Both the position numbers and the translations under genes were made by a program. Under the pieces are notes generated by a model, which made no database searches, had not been told where the DNA came from, and worked only from the letters and a program-made list of their open reading frames with translations. 64,000 nt of DNA from Octopus vulgaris. Lineage: Eukaryota. The stretch is taken from the NCBI GenBank assembly GCA_951406725.2, contig OX597824.1, positions 54,684,001 to 54,748,000 on the forward strand. The letters are read 5' to 3'. Positions 55,330-64,000 of this stretch are shown here, one piece after another; positions within the stretch are counted from its first letter, which is position 1, and the number at the start of each line of letters is the position of its first letter.

Positions 55330-56345
55330 CTAGCAGTATCGCCCGGCGTTGCTCGGGTTTGTAAGGAAAATAACTATATAAGCATTTTTAGTGAGTTATA
55401 GCAAAAAAAATAGCAAAAAATGCATTAAAGATGGAATAAAAAATGATAGTAATTTCTTTTTTAAATCGTTGACTCATCGTAGACATTTTTACAGAGTTAC
55501 TTCCCTTATATAATAGCGAAAAATGCATTAAAATGGAATAAAAAAATGATGGTAATTCTTTTTTAATCGTTGACTCATCGTAGACATTTTTAGAGAGTTA
55601 CTTCCCTTATATAATAGCGAAAAATGCATTAAAATGGAATAAAAAATGATGGTAAATTTTTTTTTAAATCGTAGACTCATCGTAGACGCGCGCTAATACC
55701 CAGAAGGGATCGATATGAATCACGACTATAAGATACCCGGTTTTGGTTACACTGCACCGCAAAATGTGGGAGTAGTTAGGAATCTAAATCGTAGGAGACA
55801 GACACACAACCTTACTTTTATATATAAAGATTTGTGCAACAACTAAAACATTCGGTTGTGCAAATTGTTTGCACAGGAAACCTGCCCTGTGTGGCGGTTT
55901 TTGCCGTTTTTGTGGATCTGTTTCAGCTTTTTTAGCGATTTCTGTTTTGGCGACTTCAAGCCATGAAGTCGTTGTTCTAAAAGAACGCTGGTCTCCTTCA
56001 CAACGCATTACGACGTTGATTTCCTTACACTCCCTTCCCCACAGCTTCACGAGGGAGGGAAGAAGGGGAGAAGCAACACAGGTGCAGGCGTGAGCGTGGA
56101 CGCCAACTCCGCCGCCATCGACACACGAAAAAATATGCATTAAAATGGAATAAAAAATGATGTTAAATTATTTTTAAAATCGTACACTCATCGTAGACGC
56201 GCGCTAATACCCAGACGGACTCGATATGAATCACGACTATAAGATACCCGAATTTGGTTAAACTGCACCGCAAAATTTGGGAGTAGTTAGGAATCTAAAT
56301 CGAACGGGACAGACACTCACACAACTACAGTTTTATATATATAGA
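55330..56345 (-). mobile_element. Second non-autonomous Helitron family nested in copy C
   Basis: 5' TCTATATATATAAAACT at 56345. 3' hairpin CCCG-AGCAACGC-CGGG then CTAG at 55330-55333. Internal ~105-bp tandem repeats. Confidence 0.82.
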
Positions 56346-56477
56346 TATATTTTCTATGTTATATTTTCTTTTTTTATGTTTTTGTTTTTTGTTTTTCACT
56401 GTTTGATTTGCCTATTAGTGGTTTTATCTCTAATTTAATTTATACAGATATATATCTCATTTGTATATATAATGCGT

Positions 56478-56532
<55 letters not shown>

Positions 56533-57356
56533 CACATATATATATGTGTGCATTACGTAGTCGGTCGATTCACCTGAAAATATGCACACCTATGTTAAAG
56601 GTGCTGACAAGTTTGCATCACAACTATTTTGTTCCTCAAATGAAAGGCGTCACCTCTAGGACAAAATTCCTCATCTTATAAAATGTGGCCCCAGTACACC
56701 CGAATGAAATCGGCTTATATTAACCAAAATGTGAAAAGGTGTCTAAATGGGGCTGGAAGGGGATTAAAATTTCAAAGAGCGGGTGTTTAGGAATTCTCTG
56801 TTGCATCAAGCTAAAAAATTTGCGCCAGCCTTTTAATCGTCAATGTGTTGCCGTCCATGATAAAGAAGTTTTGAATGCTTGCCATGGTGAGTCTACTGTC
56901 GTGAGAAAGAATCACTTAAAAAATTGGTGTTTACGAATTTTCTTTTACATCAAGTTCAAAATTTTACGCCAGCCGTTAAACTGTCACTATGTTGCTGTCC
57001 GTCGTTAACAAATGCCAGCCATGGTGACTCTACTATCCTTAGATTCTATCCCTTCAAACTTTGGTTTCCAATATTTTATTATTTTTATTCAGCTCGCAAG
57101 TTCGTCTGTCCCTTTTGAATGTTAGCGTTTTGCTGTCTGCCTTGAAGCAGACCTTTCCATTGCCACTGCCTCATATTTCTGATTGATCTTTCTAAATATT
57201 TTATTTCTCAACTTACTCAAGATCTTCTGTTGTTTATAAATGGGAGAGAGATAGATAAAGATAGAGAGTAAGAGAAAGCGAGGGAGAGTCAGAGAGAAAA
57301 GAAAAGTAAGAGAGTGGGAAAGTGAGAGAGAAAGGAGAGAGAAACAAATACGGAGA

Positions 57357-57667
57357 ATCATCATCATCATCATCGTTTAACGTCCGTTTTCCGTGCTAGC
57401 ACGGGTTGGGCAGTGTGACCGGGGTCTCGGAAGCCAGGAGGCTGCACCAGGCTCCAGTCTGATCTGGCAGTGTTTCTACAGGTGGATGACCTTCCTAACG
57501 CCAACCACACTGTGAGTGTAGTGAGTGCTTTTTTCGTGCCGCCGGCACTGGTGCCAGGGGGCTCGCAGTGGCAACGATCGGTTGGTGCTTTTTACGTGCC
57601 ACCAGCACAGAAGCAAGTCAAGGCGGTGCTGCAATCGGCCACGTTCGGATGGTGCTTTTTACGTGCT
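57357..57667 (-). mobile_element. RTE-LINE/SINE 3' end nested in Helitron C
   Basis: (CAT)n followed by CGTTTAACGTCCG family signature. Confidence 0.8.
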
Positions 57668-57789
57668 GAAAGGAAGCAACAGAAAGTAACACCCACACTC
57701 TTACCCGCGCGTAGAGCGGGTCACCTTCAGCTAGTATATATATATATATATATACATATATGATACGTTTATACATATATATATATATA

Positions 57790-57996
57790 TCATCATCGTC
57801 GTCGTTTAATGTCCGTTTTCAATGTTGGCATGGGTTGAACGGTTTGAGTGAGTTCTGGAGAGCCAACGGCTGCACCAGGCTTCAATCTGATCTTGCAATG
57901 TTTCTACAGCTGGATACTCTTCCTAACACCAACCATTTCGAGAGTGCATCATCATCATCATCGTTTAACGTCCGCTTTCCATGCTAGCATGGGTTG
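57790..57996 (-). mobile_element. Two stacked short RTE/SINE 3' tails
   Basis: Two CATC...GTTTAA(T/C)GTCCG starts, at ~57790 and ~57947. Confidence 0.7.
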
Positions 57997-57997
57997 G

Positions 57998-59955
57998 AAG
58001 ATGCTGAGATGCTTGAATGGAGGTGTGTTGATGTATGTTGCATCCAAGAGGTAAGGTGGAGAGGAGCTTCAGTCGGATTCCTCACAGGCAAGACACATAG
58101 GTATAAAAACTTCTGGGAAGTTAACAGCAATGGGGTAGTTGGTGTGGGAATACTTCTTGCAGAGTAATGGGTGGATAAGGTCATAGAAGTAGCTCAGGCT
58201 AGTCTTGCAGAATAGTATAGCAACAATTATCTTTGTCTATGCCCTACATGTGGGTCTACCAAATGAACAGAAGGACCAATTTTATGATATTCTTCTGCTG
58301 GCTACCTCAAAGACGACTGAGAATGATCTCATCTTCATGGTTGAGGATTTCAATGGGCATGTCTGTCAGACAGCAGCCTGGTATCTTTCATGGTGTACAT
58401 GGAGGTCATGGAATTGGTTCTCGAAGCAAAGGGAGAATAAGGCGACTGGAGTTCTGTGGCACAAATAACCTATTGATCTGCAACACCAACTTCAGGAAAC
58501 CAGCCAACCTTATAACCTACCAATCAGGTGACTGTGCTAGCCAAATCGATTACATTCTCCCCAGAGAGTATGGTTGCTCTTAAGCACAAAGATCCTCACT
58601 GGTGAAAAATGTACTCTGCCTCCCAGCATAGACTAGTCATTAGTGACTTCAGACTTCAAGGCCAGAAGGATGCCAAGAAGCAGACCAATCTGGAAAAGAA
58701 GAATTTGGATGCTCAAGGAACCTTCATATAGTCAGAGATATAGAGACATTTGATGAGAGAGAAGAGGAGCTACAGACTTGTGACATAGATGACAACTGGG
58801 AATTCCTGTGAGACAGCTTGCTGACTGCCACAGACCAAATCTGTGACTGGTGCAAAGTCCCATCCAGACCTAGGGTAACATGGTAATAGAATGATGCTGT
58901 AGACAGGGCCATTAGAGCAAATAAACAGGTCTGGAAGAATGGGAATAGCAGGTAACGGTATCAAGTAGCTAGAAGGGAAGCTAGGGGACAGGTATATCTA
59001 GCTAAGGGAGAAGCAGAAAAGAAGAAGTTTGCCTATGTTCAGCGACATGGGGACCAAAGAACTGAAGTGTTTCAGATTGCAAGACAGTGTATGAGAGAAA
59101 ATTGTGATGTCATATGAGAGAAATGTGTCCACATAAATTATCGTGCACTTGCATTTAATGATTCTACAAAGAAAGAGGCTTAGAAATACCATTATGAAAG
59201 ACTGCTGAATGTGGAGAATGAATGGGAGTAGGAGAGTCTGCCAAATGTTGATGCAACTGAGGGACCAGCTATCTGAATCAACAGTACCTTGGTAGATAAA
59301 GAAATTACTTATATGAAGACAGGGAAAGCCCCCAGCCCTTCAAGAATCACCACTGAGATGCTTAAAATATTTGGCGGTGTCACCCATATTGTAAATCAGA
59401 TGGCTCATGAAGGAATCATACCCAATGACTGGTGTAGCTGCACCATAGTCAACTGCTACAAAGGTAAAGGTGATGCCTTAGATAGAAGTAATTACATAGG
59501 TATCGAGTTATTGGATCAGGTGATAGGGTCATAGCCCAACTAATTAAGGAGAGAGTTAATTTAGATAAGATGTAATTTGGTTTTGTGCCAGGCACCACTA
59601 ATGCTATCTTTCTGGTAAGGTAGCTGCAGGAGAAATACAAAGCCAAAGATAAACCTCTCTACTAGGCTTTTCTTGGCTTGGAGAAAGCCTTTGACAGGGT
59701 CCCTTGATCCCTTATCTGGTGGTCAATGTGGAAACAAGGGATAGATGAGAGCTGTACAAGCCATGTACAAGGATGCTACCAGTAAGGTCAGGGTTAGCAA
59801 AGAGTTCAGGGTACAAGTAGAGGTTCACCAAGGATCAGTCCTTAGCCCCCTCTTATTCATCATAGCCCTTCAGGCAATACCAGAGAGGAATTTAAGACAG
59901 ACTACCCCTGAGAGCTCCTCCATGCTGATGACCTTGTTCTTATAGCTGAATCACT
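57998..59955 (+). mobile_element. RTE-clade LINE 5' half (APE to RT DDL), decayed
   Basis: GVVGVGIL, VYA.HVG, DFNGHV, ICNTNFRK, QIDYIL, KAP.P, CYKGKGDAL..SNY.GI.LL, EKAFDRV, VHQGSVLSPLLF, ADDL. Confidence 0.85.
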
Positions 59956-62900
59956 GTGCAGGTTGATGTGTAGGTGGTTGTAAAGGATTGAAAGTGGGCG
60001 TGGCTGGAGTGTCATCAAAGGATGTGGAAACTTCAAAATATGTCTTTTTAAGTCTGTCGACTGACACAGTCTCTGCCTGACCATTGATGTCATGACTAAA
60101 AGTTTTGGATGTGCGCAATAGCACACGAAACAGTCCTTTATAGGGAGAAACGAGCAGTTCTCTGACAGAATCATCTCAAACAAAACATGAGTCCACTTGT
60201 CAATGTCTGGTGGGATGTGAGAGGAAATAGACTGGTCACACGGATACATTGGTGAAAGACTCAAGAAATACAAGTGAAGTCAGGTGACATATGATGTTGG
60301 ATCTGAATGCGATGAATTGTCTGGTGCCAACATTGTACCAGGAAGTGCCAAAGTGATACTGTAAAGGAGTTCAGCAGAGTAGAAACTTAAGACTATCTTA
60401 ATGGTAGTGCGACAACCAAGAAAAGCGATAGGCAGGAATTCTGTCCAAGACTGTGGATCAGGAGTGGCGCATAGAGCAGCCTTCAGTTGCTTGTGAAAAT
60501 GTTCAACCATCCCGTTGGAAGCTGGATGGTAACTGTTCATACAAATGTGATGAACACCTAGGATTCTTGATAATTCACGAAATAAGGAAGCTTCGAACTG
60601 GCGTCCACGATCAGCGGTTATCTTAACTGGAACACTAAAACAAGCAATCCAATTAGAAACGAAAGCTTGAGCAATTGGCTCAGCAGAAATGTCCACAATT
60701 GGAATGGCTTCAGGCCAACAAGAGAAACAATCGACGTATGTCAATACGTAAGAGAAATTGCGACTGACAGGCCATGGTCCAACCAGATCAATGTGGACAT
60801 GGCAAAAGCGAGTCTCCAGCAGAGAAAACTGTCCAAAATGAGCGCGAATGTGTGTGTGGATTTTAAAATGCTGGCATTCTGAAACACTTGAGCATGCTCA
60901 AGCGGTGGTCATCTGGTGCATATTAGGCCAGAAAAACCAAGCCATAATAAGCTTCACTGAGGTAGCGATGCCAAGATGTGACAGCGAATGCAAGGTATCA
61001 AAAACGGAACGCTGGTGGTTCACAGGTACAAACGGTGTGGGAGAACCAGTAGCTGTGTCACAAAGGATTGTACCTGCAGCAGACAGAAGTGGAAGATAGG
61101 CAAACTTGCAACTGGACAACTTGGTAGAAGTTAGTTCCAATGTGTCCAGAGCTGGCTGATCCTGCGCAATGGCAGTGAAATCGATTGCAGCCGGAGATGA
61201 AAGGGAATACACAGGGAGACAAAAGAGTGCACAGCAGGTACATTCTCTGTTCCAGGTATATGCTGAATGTCACACGTGAACTGGGAAATGTAGTCCAGGT
61301 GACAAAAAGCAAGAGTGTCTGTCTGATTTAGATGACAGAGCAAACATAAGAGGCTTGTGATCAGTATAAATCACAAAATCTCGACCCTCAAGTTCATGTT
61401 GAAAATGACGAGCCGACAGGTAGATTGCTAAGATTTCATGATCAAATGTACTGTAGCGATATTCAGCTGGCTTTAATTGACAAGAAAAGAGTGCCAAAGG
61501 TTAAGTTTGATTATCGACGGTATATTGTAAAATGGCACCAGCCTCAGAATCCGATGCATCAACTGTTTAAGAGAGACAAGCATCAGGAACAGAAGCTATT
61601 TCCTTCTTACATTATTTACACTTGACGGATATTTGCCCTCATCTTGTTTGTTGTTAACACATTTCGGCTGATATACCCTCCAGCCTTCATCAGGTGTCTT
61701 GGGGAAATTTTGAACCTGGGTTCTCATTCCTAAGGAATTTTTTGATGCTGTTGTTGTTGTTGCTGTTGCTGCTGTTGTTTTTGTTGTTCAGGTCAGAATC
61801 TTGGGGTTAGTAGCCTGCGCTCTTAACCACTATGCCATATGCCTGTGGGCAATTATGGAATGAATTTTAGGGTTTATAAATCTAATATTCTCCTATCCTT
61901 TCTTAATACCGGTTCCCATATGCTATTCATATCTGCACTCGGTCTGCTTAGGAGGTTATTATGTCCTAGCATATGTGCTGCTTCTTTTAGTTTTTGTATT
62001 TTCCAGTGGTGTTCTCTGTCTATTATTTTAACTTCATCCCATAGGGGGAGGTGGTCTCCATTTTTCCATGCATAATCAGCTATACTTGATTTATCAATAT
62101 CCCCTCGTGTCACAGCTTTGCAATGTTCCTCTGCCCTTATTTTGAGGGGGCAGCATGTTTTGCCTTTGTATGACCTACCACAGCTGCATAGGATGGAGTA
62201 CACGCAGTTTTTGGTCATATTCTCTTCCATTGGTAGGTTTACTCAAAGGAGATATTTGCAAAGTGTTGTATTAATCTTGAATACTGTCCTGATTATCATA
62301 TGGGCCACATATCTTTTGTATCTTTATGGAGAGGCCTTTCACATAGGGTAGACAGACTGTGGACAGTTAATTGATTTCATCCTCTCTTTTCTTCATAATT
62401 GGAGTAGATAGTATGTTTTTGGGGTAGTTGTTGCTTAATAGATTGTTACTGAGCTTGAACATTTCTTCATGGTGGGTATCACAATTGCTACTTATATTCT
62501 TTGCTTGATGTTTTAGGCACTGAGCAATCCCTCTCTTTACTCTGTATGGATGGTGGGAATTGAAGTTGAGGTATCATCCAGTGAAGGTCGGCTTGCAGTA
62601 TACTGATGTCCGCACTTTGTGCATGTTATTAAAACATCCAGGCAGGATAGGAGAATATTAGATTTATAAGCCCTAAAATTCACTCCATAATTGCCCATGG
62701 GCATATGGCGTAGTGGTTAAGAGTGTGAGCTACTAACCCCAAGATTCTGAGTTTGATCCCAGGCAGTGACCTGACCAACAACAGCAACAACAACATTAAC
62801 ATTGAAAAATACCATAGGAATGAGAACCCAGGTTCAAAATTTTCCCAAGACCAGCCGAAATGTTGTGTTAACAACAAACAAGATGAGGACAAATATCCGT

Positions 62901-64000
62901 CAGATGTAAATAATGTACATAATTCCTTGTCTTAAATATAGAACTATAGTTCCTTCTTGATTAACTCAAAAGAAAATAATGCCTTGACAGATAAAGTGAT
63001 AGGAGAATTTTTTGTTTAATTTGCATTTGAGTCAAGGGAAGTAACTTGTCTTCACATTTAGGTATGAATCTCCTGTAGAAGTTGATGATTCCAAAGAAAT
63101 GATGGTGTTGGTGTAAAGAAGTGGGAGCAGAGATGCATTAAATTGCATTAACTTTGGAGGAGAGAGGTCGGATACCATTAGAGTCGATATAATGACCTAG
63201 GAATTCCAGAGAGGTCTGTCCGAAAATATACTTATCAGGGTTGATTTGCACATTGTAGGTGCTAAGACGCTGAAAAAGTTGAGATAAGTGTTGGAAGTGA
63301 TTTTCATGTGTGTCACTAACTATGAACAAATGATCGACGTAAGTGAACACACAATCAAGTCCATGGACAACTTCGTCAATAGACCTCTGGAATGTACTTG
63401 TTGCATTCCACAAACCGAAGTTCATAAACAGGAGCTCGAAACTTCCAAAGGGGATGGTAATGGCAGTTTTTGGAATGTCGTCAGAGTTCATCAGAATTTG
63501 ATGATAAGCCTGGAGGAGGTCAACCTTGGAAAAAATAGTACAACCATGCAAGTTTGAAAAAAAATCCTGGAGATTCCTTATCAGGTAGTGATTGGGAACA
63601 GTGACCACATTTAAACATCTGTAATCCCGGATGAAAATTTGAATCCCCTTTCCATGCCAAATGAAGAGGAGATGCCCAAGGGCTGGTGGAGGGGCGAATA
63701 ATGCCGAGTTGAAGCATATGCTCAAACTCAGATTCAGCCGATCAGGGGCGAGTTGCCGTGGGTGCGAAAAAAACAGGAGGTCCAGAAGTAGTGATATAAT
63801 GTGAGTCGAGTTTGTGACTTAGACTGATTTGAAAGTCAGATCTACCAGCTCTGGGAGAGAAGCCAAAAAAGAGTGGAACTGATCTCCAGCAATGGCAACA
63901 AAAAATGATGGGCTAAAAATAGCATTAGTAGTAACCCGAGCTGGCGTAAACAAAGATGTAAAATCGTCTATGAGTCTCTGTCATCTGACATCTACTAATA
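59956..64000 (-). mobile_element. Old Ty3/Gypsy pol (RT-RH-IN; CsRn1-like), decayed, extends beyond the window
   Basis: RT WASPLH, DL..AYHQI, PKTAI..PFG, FGL.NA..TFQR, YVD. RNase H VDAS, YSTFD.E.LA, YTDHKPL. Integrase WPEAIPI, DRGRQFE, YHPASNGMVE. Confidence 0.9.
61609..62949 (-). mobile_element. 5'-truncated Penelope/Poseidon-type PLE with inverted terminal repeats, inserted in Gypsy pol
   Basis: GIY-YIG ORF 61874-62230 (VYSI.CSC...Y.G.T...LK.R..EH). RT thumb VY.KPT.TG.YLNFNSHHP at ~62550-62605. Inverted ~290-bp arms at 61609-61899 and 62645-62915. Candidate TSD TTCCTTCTT at 61600-61608 and 62950-62958. Confidence 0.88.

Larger units (their letters stand above)
54585..57734 (+). mobile_element. 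Non-autonomous Helitron copy C (complete termini, nested inserts)
   Basis: A|TCTCTATATATAAAACTGAAATGCG at the 5' end. ACCCGCGCGTAGAGCGGGT hairpin then CTAG|T at 57731-57734. Homologous to copies A and B. Confidence 0.85.

Noticed and set aside
62699-62771. Functional tRNA gene (ACT anticodon)
   Set aside because: Acceptor, anticodon and T stems are mispaired and it lies inside a retroelement repeat; treated as a tRNA-derived cassette.

Overview
Eukaryotic, AT-rich, repeat-dominated window. The SINE and LINE types look like an octopus/cephalopod genome; this is inference from family recognition. No host protein-coding gene is confidently identified. 1-11.9 kb is a satellite of ~140-bp monomers in alternating orientation, organised into ~3.2-kb higher-order units, and it runs directly into a Helitron PIF1-helicase remnant before a 100-N gap. 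12.5-25.5 kb is a (TA)n/(TG)n tract carrying a Penelope-like (PLE) GIY-YIG end, three hammerhead-ribozyme motifs, RTE 3' tails and a CR1-group LINE. Then come a second CR1 copy, SINEs, hAT remnants and a Tx1/L1-like LINE. After those are non-autonomous Helitrons, a very young complete Gypsy-type LTR element (38788-43049), two Tigger copies, RTE LINEs, a mariner and an old Gypsy pol interrupted by a PLE. Two observations stand out. First, the young LTR element lacks a normal TGG primer-binding site; its PBS is instead the exact complement of the first 12 nt of tRNA-Phe. Second, the PLE at 61.6-62.9 kb carries a tRNA-like Pol III cassette plus a hammerhead motif in both inverted terminal repeats. 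The YIYI/CVCV/HTHT ORFs in the track are microsatellite artefacts.
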